DNA of 64,000 bases, taken from assembly GCF_006345805.1 (NCBI RefSeq), contig NC_043003.1, positions 12,586,001 through 12,650,000 on the forward strand. The letters are read 5' to 3'. A model generated the notes under the pieces. The model made no database searches. It was not told where the DNA came from and worked only from the letters and a program-made list of their open reading frames with translations. This document shows, piece by piece, positions 39,089 through 50,439 of the stretch. Origin of the DNA: Octopus sinensis. Taxonomy: Eukaryota. The position numbers were made by a program, and so were the translations under genes. The number at the start of each line of letters is the position of its first letter. Position 1 is the stretch's first letter.

Positions 39089-39475
39089 AGTTAGTTAGTT
39101 AGTTAATTAGTTAATTTTTTGGCTCAAAAAGCAAAAAGCAAGGCCATGTAGGGGGACATGGAGTTATGTACAAGGTGGTGTTCATGCAAAGAGTTCAGGC
39201 CATTTGTGGTCAAGGGAGACTTTGAACCGAGCGGTCGTCGGCATCTTCACTATCTCGTCCAGCAGCTTATTCCACGGATCCGCAACCTGGACGGAGAAAG
39301 CCCCTCTCCTTCGATTGAGATGAAATCGTTGCAGATAGAGCTTTTCGGAATGACCCCGCAGCCGACGCTCTGAAGCAGGAGTGAAGAACAGCTCTTTTGA
39401 GAGGTTACACTTTCCGCTTATGATGTTGTGAGCAAGAATGAGATCACCACGGTGTCTGCATTTTTCTAGAGAATA
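39089..39475 (-). mobile_element. CR1/L2-group LINE 3' fragment with (TAAC)n tail
   Basis: Minus strand reads YSLEKCRHRGDLILAHNII...LRGHSEKL...RRGAFSVQVADPWNKLLDEIV...FKVSLD, the CR1-type C-terminus. Confidence 0.85.
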
Positions 39476-39749
39476 ATAGAAACAGGAAGAAAGAGTGAGA
39501 GAAAGTTATGATGAAAGAATAAATAACTAATCCCAGCAAAAAAATATACCACAGAGGAAACAACCCCAAAATCTTAATTAAAATTAAAATAGAATAAAAA
39601 TTTTAATTAAAATTGAATGACTTGTGGAAAATGAGTTTGATATTTAATAGTGCAGTGATGACTCTACTGATAACTTGTTTCAACCTGATTGGACCTTCAT
39701 AATCAAAGTTAGTGCAAACTATGACACTAAGATCTTAGAAAGACTACAG

Positions 39750-40260
39750 CAGCAGTTCCCAACCAGTGGTCTGCAAAGGTAGTACTGGGGGTCTGGGAAC
39801 TAAATTCAAAATTTCATATATATCTGTGTGTGTAAAGTGCATGACTCAGTGGTTAGAGCGTCGAGCTTACAATCGTGAGGTTGTGAGTTTGAATCCCGGA
39901 CTGGGCTGCGTGTTGTGTTCTTGAGCAAGACACTTTATTTCACATTGTGACGTCACAGGTGCCAAGCTGTATCAGCCCTTTTGCTTTTCCCTTGGATAAC
40001 ACTGGTGGTGTGGAGGGGGGAGTCCGGTATGCATGGGCGACTGCTGGTCTTCCATAAACAACCTTGCCCGGACTTGTGCCTGGGAGGGTAACTTTCTAGG
40101 TGCAATCCCATGGTCAGTCATGACCGAAGGGGGTCTCAAATATATATATATGTATATGTATACATACATAGACATAAGGATAAGCATATTAAAAGGGGTC
40201 CCTGGGAAAACTCATTTAAATAAACAGTGTCCTTGGTTGTGAAAAGGCTGGGAACCACTG
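39750..40260. mobile_element. hAT (Charlie-like) MITE carrying an inserted SINE
   Basis: Ends CAGCAGTTCCCAACC / GGCTGGGAACCACTG. Flanking 8-mers GACTACAG / GGCTAGAG match at 6 of 8 positions. Confidence 0.65.
39838..40137 (+). mobile_element. tRNA-derived SINE
   Basis: A-box-like TGACTCAGTGGTTAGAGC and B-box-like GTTTGAATCCC, followed by GTTGTGTTCTTGAGCAAGACACTT, which is shared with family D. Confidence 0.75.
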
Positions 40261-40814
40261 GGCTAGAGGTATAAGTTTTTCATGAATAAGCACTGAGTAA
40301 TATATGAATTACTATAAAAAAATACCTGCTATGTCACTAATTCTCCTCCAGGGTCCATATCAGATTTTGTTGTTAAAAATCATGTGCAGTAAAACAGTTA
40401 TACTTTTTGCAATACATAAAGTATTTGAATAATTTTTTTTTATATATATATAAATCCGAATAATATTTAATTACAAAAGTATAATGAGATTTTAAAATAT
40501 CAAATGGCTTTAAGAGTCCCTCCGAGTAAAATTGGGATCCACGTGATCCGTAGTCTTAAAAATGGTCGAGAACTGCTTGCATATTTGACATAATGAACCA
40601 AGGGAGACAACCATGAAATTTTACCATGAGGCTGTTAGCGATGGGAGAGCATTAGTGAATACATCGTTCATAGAGATGTATTTATATCAAGGCTTTATAA
40701 GTACCATTTATGCTTAAAATATTTGCAGATTTCTATAATCATAAAGAAACACAGATTCAAGGAGAGGTCAATTTTCAAAGGTGGAAGGAGACTAGCATAT
40801 TTTATAGCCATTAT

Positions 40815-41033
40815 TCTTTTACTTGTTTCAGTCATTTGACTGTTGCCATGCTGGAGTACTGCCTTTTAGTCAAAGAAATCGATCCCCTAGACTTATTCTC
40901 TGTAAGCTTGGTGCCTATTCTATCAGTCTTTTCTGCCGAACTACTAAGTTACAGGGACATAAACACACTAACATAGGTTGTCAAGCAATAGCAGTGGGGA
41001 CAAACACAGATGCAAATACACACACATAAATAA

Positions 41034-41064
<31 letters not shown>

Positions 41065-41225
41065 ATGGGCTTCTTTCAGTTTCTGTCTATCAAATCCACT
41101 CACAAGGCTTTGGTCAGTCCAAGGCTATACTTGAAGATATTTGACCAAGATGCTACGCAGCAGGACTGAACCTGGAACCATGTGGTTGGGAAGCAAGCTT
41201 CTTACCACACAGCCATGCCTGCACC
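40815..41225 (-). mobile_element. Family B SINE
   Basis: Full-length reverse copy. Confidence 0.8.
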
Positions 41226-41735
41226 TTGGTGTAATTTGTTTTAAGTTATTTGTGAACCCAAACAATAGAGCAGTACTGGCTGTATGGTGATATTTAATTT
41301 TTAGATTAAATGGCCCAAATATATTATATAGATTTTTCTGATATAAACAAGCTCATTTTAGTGTACTTAATTTTGGTAGATGTAAATCTCACCAACACTA
41401 TTAAACTATTTTGTCTTTTTATTCATCAAGGACATATAAATTATATATCTCAATGGCCTAAATAATTGATGTTCTGTCAAGAATTAGTTCAATACTTAAT
41501 GACTTTTCTTGTAATATCTCCTGCTGTCTTTTTTTTTTTTTTGGTTAATAAAATACTTGGGAGCAATTGAACTTATATATTGTTTATTTTCTTGTCTGAG
41601 ATCTGGTTTGATTCAGTGGATATATAAACAAAGGCATTCCAGCTGTGACAATCCCACCTTTTTTTTTCCGATCTTTCTTTCTTCCAAATATAGTGTACCT
41701 AGCATTACATTCTTCTTCCTCTGCTTTTCATCCAG

Positions 41736-41924
41736 GTGCTAGAGCCTCGTTTCAATGCTGAGCTCTTCTCTCAGGTATTATCCATTCCTGGCAACAAATC
41801 TCTTCTCAGACGACATCTCAGCACACACTTTGTTGCACTTATTGGCAACGAAATGCAACACAAGAAAAGGGAATTTGAAACTTCTGCTGACTACCAACCT
41901 CTCTTTCCTAATTCTAAAGTAAAA
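41736..41924 (+). CDS. PPFIBP1: Liprin-beta coding exon I: VLEPRFNAELFSQVLSIPGNKSLLRRHLSTHFVALIGNEMQHKKREFETSADYQPLFPNSKVK
   Basis: Strong pyrimidine tract plus tccag acceptor; AAA|gtgagt donor. Matches VLEPRFN....L.IP.NKTLLRRHL.THF..LIG. Confidence 0.96.
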
Positions 41925-42183
41925 GTGAGTAGTTAAATTTTTTGACTTTAATTAAAATATTCTTCAAATTCCTATGAATGCTCTTACCGGTCGTTACTTA
42001 CACAGATAAATCACAGCATTTGCACTGTGAAATAATAATGTGTTTTTAATTGAATATTATTGATCTCTAAGAAGTTGCCATTGATATCAGCATTTCTAAA
42101 AATATATCTTATATCACAAAGTCATTTTAAAAGAAAATTATTCTAATTAAAATTTTGTTGTTTTATATTTCTTTATTTTCCAG

Positions 42184-42345
42184 CGACGAAATAACTTTCT
42201 GCTGTTTGGGCATAAACGAAGCAAGTCTGAAAGTCAGACGGAAAGCTTTATCTGTCCAATTAAAAATCCATCTTCAGTAAACGGTACTGACCATATGTTT
42301 AATAAATTGATGTCTTGTCAACACAATAACGGAAGTATAAAAGAG
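42184..42345 (+). CDS. PPFIBP1: Liprin-beta coding exon J: RRNNFLLFGHKRSKSESQTESFICPIKNPSSVNGTDHMFNKLMSCQHNNGSIKE
   Basis: ttttccag acceptor and GAG|gtttgt donor; 162 nt open in phase 0. FG...K...E.(F/Y).CP matches the liprin-beta post-SAM region. The 3' boundary is less certain. Confidence 0.8.
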
Positions 42346-42388
42346 GTTTGTGTTTCATTAATTAATCTTTATTATTATTATTATTATT

Positions 42389-42648
42389 GGCTCCTGTGCA
42401 GGTGGCACATAAAAAGCACCATCTGAGTGTGGCTATTGCCAGTACCACCTGACTGGCCCTCGTGCCGGTGGCACGTAAATGCACCCACTACACTCTCGGA
42501 GTGGTTGGTGTTAGGAAAGGCATCCAGTTGTAGAAACTCTGCCAGATCAGATTGGAGTCTGGTGCAGCCATCTGGTTCGCCAGACCTCGGTCAAATCGTC
42601 CAACCCATGCTAGCATGGAAAGCGGATGTTAAACGATAGTGATGATGA
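42389..42648 (+). mobile_element. Family C element
   Basis: Near-identical to 59530-59788. Confidence 0.8.
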
Positions 42649-42649
42649 A

Positions 42650-43110
42650 GGCAGTGAGCTGGCAGAATCATTAGCACGCTGGATAAAATGCTTAGTGGTA
42701 TGTCACCTATCTTCATGTTTTGAGTTCAAATGCCACTGAGGTTGACATTGCCTTTCATTGATTAAATAAGTACCAGTCACACACTGAGGTTGATCTAATC
42801 AACTTAATCCCTTCCCCCAAATTTGAGGACTTGTATTTTCAGTAGAAAGGATTATTATTATTATTATTACTATTATGTATGAAACAAAGGCGAGAGCTGG
42901 CAGAATTACTAGCATGCCAGGCAAAATGCTTAACGGCATTTTGCCTGTCTTCACGTTCTGGGTTCTAATTCCACCAAGGTCAACTTTGCCTTCTATCCTT
43001 TTGGGGGTTGATAAATAAGTACCAGTTGAGCACTGGGGTTGATATAATCAACTAACCTCCTCCCAGTAAATTGCTGGCGTTGTACCAAAATAAAAAAGTC
43101 ATTATTATTT
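42650..43110 (+). mobile_element. Two tandem family A SINEs
   Basis: Same motifs as the other family A copies, with a (TAT)n spacer. Confidence 0.8.
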
Positions 43111-43684
43111 ATGAAACATTGCTTCTGAAATTTGAAAAATTATTTCCATTTGCTCAATATAAATGCATAGTTTGTAACTTATTATCAAGTCTTATAGATC
43201 TTAAATATTTTTGTGCAACTAGAGCAGATCATATGTAAGCGATGAACTCAAAAACTCAATATGCCAAATATGATGTAATCTAGAATTACATATATTATTT
43301 TACCGATAACGATTTTCTCAGCCTGTAAATCAATATTAGTTTCATTTATGCACAGATATGGGCCAGTTAAATTTTCAGATGTATTTAAGTTTGATTCCTG
43401 TGATTTTACATATTCTATTGAGAATCTGTGTGTGTGCGTGCATGCACATATATGTTGATAATATATCTTGAAAAACAGTTGGGAAAAATCTGTGATGCTA
43501 TGTTGGCATTCCTTGTTAAGAAATCACGCTATGGCCCTAATGCTTTCAGAGACAAGTGATATCCTTTTCTCGAAAAGCAAGTAAGGATTAGTGAGAGCAA
43601 AGTAATCTGACCATAAAATAAAACCTCAACAACAAATTTTCATCCAACCCATGCTAGCATAAAAAAAAAACATCTTAAACAAAC

Positions 43685-44035
43685 AGGCATAGGAGTGGCT
43701 GTATGGTAAGTAGCTTGCTTACGAACCACATCGTTCCGAGTTCAGTCCCACTGCGTGGCACCTTGGGCAAGTGTCTTCTACTATAGCCTCGGGCAGACCA
43801 AAGCTTTGTGAGTGGATTTGGTAGACAGAAACTGAAAGAAGCCCTACGTGTGTATGTTTGTGAGTCTGTGTTTGTCCCCCCAACATCGCTTGACAACTGA
43901 TGCTGGTGTGTTTATGTCCCCATAACTTAGCGGTTCAGCAAAAGAGACCAATAGAATAAGTCCTGGGGTCGATTTGCTTGATTAAAGGTGGTGCTCCAGC
44001 ATAGCCACAGTCAAATGACTGAAATAAGAAATAAA
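43685..44035 (+). mobile_element. Family B SINE
   Basis: A-box/B-box head, CACCTTGGGCAAGTGTCTTCT core and GACTGAAA tail. Confidence 0.85.
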
Positions 44036-44147
44036 TGAACTTTATGTACTGCTTAGTTATTAAAACTTACACTTTCCTCTTCGTATTTATTGAAATAACT
44101 TTTATGCTTATTTTGTTTTGTTTATTTAATTTTTCCATTCATTAAAG

Positions 44148-44207
44148 CGAGATGAAATTGCTGCAAAAGAGATTGGAGCAGTGTCGAAAGAAATCAGTTC
44201 ATTAACG
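44148..44207 (+). CDS. PPFIBP1: Liprin-beta coding exon K: RDEIAAKEIGAVSKEISSLT
   Basis: T-rich tract plus taaag acceptor; ACG|gtatgt donor. Matches VRQIGAFSEGINNLT. Confidence 0.88.
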
Positions 44208-44624
44208 GTATGTAACGCTTATTTCTGTTAACTGTTAGTTTGCATGACAGAACCAATGTGTCCTTATTGCAAGCAAATGTAATCAATAGAGGATTAGTTG
44301 CTTCAGTTTGGTCATTTGACTTGATAATTGACTATAAGGGAGGAATGGATGGAAGTTGTTGTGATACATCTTTTATTTTTTTTTAGTTCTTTTACTAGAA
44401 GCATTAGATGTTCAATTTGAAAATAAGAATGATGGTTATTACCTACATACTGACAACTCAACTCCTCTCAACAAATTTAGCATATCACAGTAAAACTACT
44501 GTATTTACTTGTGTATAAGACACTTTATACTTGGTTGAAACTGAAAAAAAAAAAAAAACTGGTGGTGTGACTTGTACATGGGGTGAAGCTGAAACTATGA
44601 AAGGAAAAAATTTTATACCAAGAT

Positions 44625-46235
44625 TTAACATTAGATTAGGGGTATTATATATACACAAGTAAGTATGGTAGCATATTAATAAAAAAATTATTTCATTCCT
44701 ATACATCTAGCAACTGATTTGGTATTTGGAAATTTAGATTTATAGGTCACATTTTGTTATTCTCAGTACTGATTTGAAACCCTGGCATTAGTAGTCACTA
44801 AACTGAAGCTTTTGTTAAGAGTAAAGAAGTTGAAAACATGCTCTTTAACCCTTTCGTTACTCTATTTATTTTGCGATTCTCTGTGTTTCTTTCAATTACT
44901 TTAAATATAACAAAGAATTTAGTAAAATAATTTCATTATCATTCAGCTTGTGTTAGGAACCTAAATTGTGACTAAGGTTTAGTGGAAGGTTTTAATTCAA
45001 AACTTATGAAAAACACATTTGTACTACAGAGCCACAGCCGGGTTGATATCAAAAGAGCTAAGAATTGTTTCTCTATTATATATTTTAACCCTTTCATTAC
45101 TGTATTTATTTTGAGATGTTCTGTGTTTCTTTCATTTACTTTAAATATAACAAAGAGTTTAGTCAAATAACTTAGTTATTATTCAGCTCGTGTTAGGAAC
45201 ATAAATTGTGACTAAGCTTTGGTGGAAGATTTTAATTCAGAACAAGACATTTGTACTCAGAGCCAGAGCCAGTTTTAGCAAGGTTGGTAACAAAAGGGTT
45301 AACACTAGATTAGGGGTATGATATATAAACAAGTAAATATGGTAGCATATTACTAAAACAATTATTTCATTCCTGTACATCTAGCAACTGATTTGGTATT
45401 TGGAAATTTTCATCTCATTTTAGATTTACAGACCCCATTTTGTTATTCTCAGTACTGATTTGAAACCCTAACCTTGGTAATGAGTTAGAACTCTAGTCAC
45501 TATACTGAAGCTTTCGTTAAGAGTAAAGAAGTTGAAAACATGCTCTTTAACCCTTTCGTTACTCTATTTATTTTGCGATTCTCTGTGTTTCTTTCAATTA
45601 CTTTAAATAGAACAAAGAATTTAGTAAAATAATTTCATTATCATTAAGCTAGTTTTAGGAACATAAATTGTGACTAAGGTTTAGTGGAAGGTTTTAATTC
45701 AAAACTTATGAAAACAAGACATTTGTACTACAGAGCCAGAGCCAGTTTTGGCCAGGTGGATATCAAAAGAGCTAAGAATTGTTTCTCTATTATATATTTT
45801 AACCCTTTCGTTACTGTATTTATTTTGAGATGTTCTGTGTTCCTTTCAATTACTTTAAATATAACAAAGAATTTAGTCAAATAACTTAGATATCATTCAG
45901 TTAGTGTTAGGAACATAAATTGTGACTAAGGTTTGGTGGAAGATTTTAATTCAAAACTTATGAAAACAAGACATTTGTACTCAGAGCCAGAGCCGGTTTC
46001 AACCGGGTTGGTAACGAAAGGGTTAACACTAGATTAGGGGTATGATATATACACAAGTAAGTATGGTAGCAACTGATTTGGTATTTGGAAATTTCCATCT
46101 CATTTTAGATTTATTGACCCCATTTTGCTATTCTCAGTACTGATTTGAAACCCTAACCTTGGTAATGAGTTACAACTCTAGTCACTATACTGAAGCTTTT
46201 GTTAAGAGTAAAGAAGTTGAAAACATACCCTTTAA
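44625..46235. repeat. Tandem duplication (about 700-bp period, about 2.3 units) containing four P2 MITEs
   Basis: The block AGATTAGGGGTA...GAAGTTGAAAACAT occurs three times. MITEs at 44849-45057, 45089-45298, 45551-45771 and 45803-46022. Confidence 0.9.
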
Positions 46236-46324
46236 CTCACAATATTTATTATTGTCCGCTACATACTGTTATATATCTTCATAAGCTTCTTCTCTTAAAT
46301 CCTTTAATGTTTAGTTCAGGATTG

Positions 46325-47185
46325 TGGATTGGCAGAAGCGTTAAAACACTGAGAAAAGTACTTTGCAATATTTCTTCTGACCCTTTGTATTCTAAGTTCA
46401 AATCCTGTGAAGGTCGATGCTGCCTTTCATTCCTTCAGGGTTGATAAAATAAAGTAACAGTCAAGTACTGGGGGTTGCTAGCATTGATTAATCCCCTTCC
46501 TTCAAAATTACTGGTTTGGTGCCTAAATTACAAACAGTTGTTATTATTTATTATTATTATTATCATTATCATCATCATTATTGTTGTTGTTGTTATTATT
46601 AAGGCTGCAAGCTGGCAGAATCATTAGCATGTCAGGCAAAATGTTTAGTGGCATTTCGTCTGTCTTTATGTTCTGAGTTCAAATTCCTCCAAGGTTGACT
46701 CTGCTTTTCATCCTCTCAGGGATTGATAAAATAAGTACCCGTTGAACATTGGAGTCAAAGTAATCAACTTGCCCTGTCCCTTGATTTTGCTGACCTTGTG
46801 CCAAAATTTGAAACCTTCATTGTTGTTGTTATCATCATCATCATCATGTCTCAATCAGAAGGGCAGTGGGTTAGCAGAATTGTCAGTGTGTCTGTCAAAT
46901 TGTCTTTGAGCATTTCTTCTTGCTCTTTTCCTTCGAAATCCTGCCTTAGTCAAGTTTTCCTTTTGTTCCTCCAAGGTTTATAAGATAAAGTATCACTCAA
47001 CAGACACATTTGCCCAATCCCAGGCAAAATCCATACCTGGATTCAAATTACATTCATATGTGTCCATCGCAAATAGATGCAACCTCTTTAGTTCTTTTAT
47101 TTTTGAAGTTTTTTTTTCTTTAAATCCTCTCCTTCAAACACTCATACATCAAAATCAGTAGGAGTGTCCATCATCATTTTTATTA

Positions 47186-47227
<42 letters not shown>

Positions 47228-47680
47228 GTAAGACGGCAAGCTGGCAGAATCGTTAACATGACAGGTGAAATGCTTAGCGGTATTCCATCTGCTGCTACGT
47301 TCTGAGGTCAACTTTGCCTTTCGTCCTTTTGAGGTCAATTAAATAAATACCAGTTACACACTGGTATCAATGTAATCGACTTAATCCCTTCCCTCAAGCT
47401 ACCCATGTGGCAAAAATTTGAAATCATCATTATTATTATTATTATTATTATAAAAGGCAGTGAGCTGGCAGAATCAGTAGCATGCTGGACAATATGCTTA
47501 GCAGCATTTCTTCCAGCTTAATGTCCTGAGTTCAAATTCAGCTGAGGTTAACTTTGCCTTTCATCTTTTCGTGATCAATGGAATAAGTACCTGTTAAATA
47601 CTGGGGTTGAGGTAATCAACTAGCCTCCACCCCCTCCCTTCAGGCCTTGTACCTATAGTAGAAACAGTTATTATTACAAT
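46325..47680 (+). mobile_element. Array of about 5 family A SINEs separated by (TAT)/(CAT) repeats
   Basis: Same motifs as the other family A copies, all + oriented. Confidence 0.8.
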
Positions 47681-48448
47681 ATCTCAATGTTTTGTATCTG
47701 ATTAAGCTGTCAGGTTTAAGTATCTGTTGTGTTATCTTTGAAGGATTAAGGTCAGCGTAACGCATAATACCACTAGAAAGGCTTTAAGCACACCTTTTTT
47801 ACTTGTTCCAGATCTTAAAATGAAAAGCATGCTCAACTATAAAAAAGGTTAGTGAATTTTATACATGAGAGGATCTGTCATTAGGACACATAAAAAAAAT
47901 CTTAAGCCAATGATCTCAACTGCAAATTGTGTTACTTAGTGGGGTGATGGTTTTTCTTCCTTTTTTTTTTTTTTCGTCCTGGCTATATTTCTAACAAGTT
48001 CACAGCTGCTAACTGAAATTTAACCAATTTCCTCCACAAATGTGAAAGTAATTTCTCATATATATTCTGATATATTTTTGCTGGCTCCTTTTAGTGGATA
48101 TTGCTTTTGCAGGGTTTGTTTGTGATTTTTTTCCACATTTTCTATTACCTAAATGTTTGATATTATTGAAAAACCTCTAAAAAGTCATCAAGCTACTAAC
48201 TTGTTTTTGGTCACAAATCTCCAACTAATATTTGGTATCGGCACCAGATTCTTTGGCTATTGAAGCTTTTTTTTTCTTTTTCTTTTCTTTTTATTTCTTT
48301 GTGGTTCACGGCTAACACACAACTTCACAGATACCAAACTAATTTATATTTTAATACTTGATTTCTATGAGAATTAAAACTTTATATCTTTCACTTGTCT
48401 GATTACTTCAAACCACTTTATCCTCATCTAGAGACCATCTACAAAACT

Positions 48449-48952
48449 CATCATTATTTAACGTCCGCTTTCCATACTAGCATGGGTTGGACGGTTTTGA
48501 CTGAGGGCTGGCAAACCAGATGGCTGCACCAGGTACCAATCTTGATCTGGCAGTTTCTACAGCTTGATGCCCTTTCTAACGCCAACCACTCCGAGAGTGT
48601 AGTGGGTGCTTTTACGTACCACCGGCATGGGGCCAGTCAGGTGGTACTAGCAACGACCTCACTCAAGTCTTTTTACACATGCCACCGGCACAGGTACCAG
48701 TAAGGCGACACTGGTAACGGTCATGCTCGAATGGTGCCTTTTACGTGCCACTGACACGGAGGCCAGTTAGCCACTTTGGCAATGATCATGCTCGGATGGT
48801 GTTCTTAGCACCCTGCTAGCATGAGCACAAGTGCCAGTAAGGCGACGCTGATAACGATCACACCTGAATGGTGCCTTTTATGTGCCACTGGCACAGAAGC
48901 CGGTTAGCCGCTCTGTCAACGATCACACTCGTATGGTGCTCTCTGCACCCCC
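48449..48952 (-). mobile_element. Family C element with expanded internal tandem module
   Basis: About 5-6 iterations of a 60-70-bp unit containing GGTGC..TTTTACGTGCCACCGGCAC. Confidence 0.8.
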
Positions 48953-49528
48953 AAGGTGCACACACACTTATTGACCAACACTGAGACTCATTAGTGACAT
49001 TCCATCACATTTACTCCAACACTAAATCATTTCATTACTATTTTTTCCAATTAATCTAGACATGAACACAGGCGTGGCTATGTGGTAAGAAGTCACACTG
49101 AATCTCCCGGAAAATTATGTTATGGGTACGCATATCTGTGGATTGCCCAGCCACTTGCACATTAATTTCACGAGTTGGCTGTTCTGTTGATCAGATTGGC
49201 TGGAACCATCATCAGCATAACTGATGGAGCACCAGTTAATTTCTCCATGTGTATAAAAGGGAAAGGGTTTTATCAATTGTGTTCAATTTATATATTATAA
49301 TCTATCTCTTTCACACTATTTATGCGAATATTTCTGTGCATGTGTACTTGTGTGTATTATGTTTGCCTCCAGTGCTGAAAGCTATTGTCAAAAACAGGGT
49401 CAACCATGCCAAATCAGCAGCATTCAAACAGCTGCACCAATTTTCTCATTCCAAGACCTCCTTTCTGGTACATCAGAGAAAAGACTAAATTTAATCTGTC
49501 CTGACTGCTGATAATATTATATACCAGC

Positions 49529-49766
49529 AGGGTGGTGAGCTGGCAGAATCGTTAGCACACCGGGCGAAATGCTTACCGATATTTTGTCTGCTGCTACGTA
49601 CTGAGTTCAAATTTCGCCAAGGTCGACTTAGCCTTTCATCTTTTCGGGGTCGATAAATTAAGTACCAGTTGCGTACTGGGGTCGATGTAATCGACTTAAT
49701 CCGTTTGTCTGTCCTTGTTTGTCCCCTCTGTGTTTAGCCCCCTGTGGGCAGTAAAGAAATAAATAT
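49529..49766 (+). mobile_element. Young full-length family A SINE (long tail) with 11-bp TSD
   Basis: TATATACCAGC at 49518-49528 and 49767-49777. Confidence 0.85.
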
Positions 49767-50439
49767 TATATACCAGCTACCTATCAGATTTGAAACTTGA
49801 ATGCTGGACCTGTGTGTCTCTCTAGAATGTTCAGTTACCTACTCTTATGTCACAGGTTTCACCATCATTTAATGTCTGTCTTCTATGCCATCATGGGTTA
49901 CACGGTTTGACAAGAGCTGGCAAGCCAGAGTGTTGTACCAAGCTCCAATTGTCTGTTTTGGCACAGTTTCTATTGCTGGATGCCCTTCCTAAAACCAACC
50001 ACTTCACAGAGTATACTGGCTCCTTTTTTATGTGGTACCAGCACAGGTGCTTTTTCAGTGGTGTTGGCACAAGTACTTTTTATCCGGTGCCACCATGGGT
50101 GTTTTTTACATTTGTTCAGCATTAAATAAAAGAAACATCATATCAGGAATAGTCACAATTCTATAACATTTTTTCTTTAACATTTCCGGTTTTTGGTGCC
50201 ATAATTAAAGGTGAAGGGAGAATGGTTTTTTTTTGTGTTGTGTTTTTGATTATTTTTTGTGATTTTTGTTTTAAGAGTTGTATTTAAATTTTTTTTTTTT
50301 TCCTTTGAAATTAATATAAAATAATCGCCTGCTGGCACTACTAATACTACTACTACTACTGGTGTTGTTATAGTTTAACCAGCTTCAACTATTTCCCTTG
50401 TGAAGTTTTTTAATGTTTATTCTCTGTTGTCCATTGTAG

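Noticed and set aside
43685-43760. tRNA genes at SINE heads (also 39838, 62729 and 4778)
   Set aside because: A/B boxes are present but there is no cloverleaf, and they run into multi-copy SINE bodies.
48600-48952. CRISPR-like repeat-spacer appearance
   Set aside because: The spacers are homologous to one another, the context is a eukaryotic retroelement, and there are no cas genes. It is a minisatellite.
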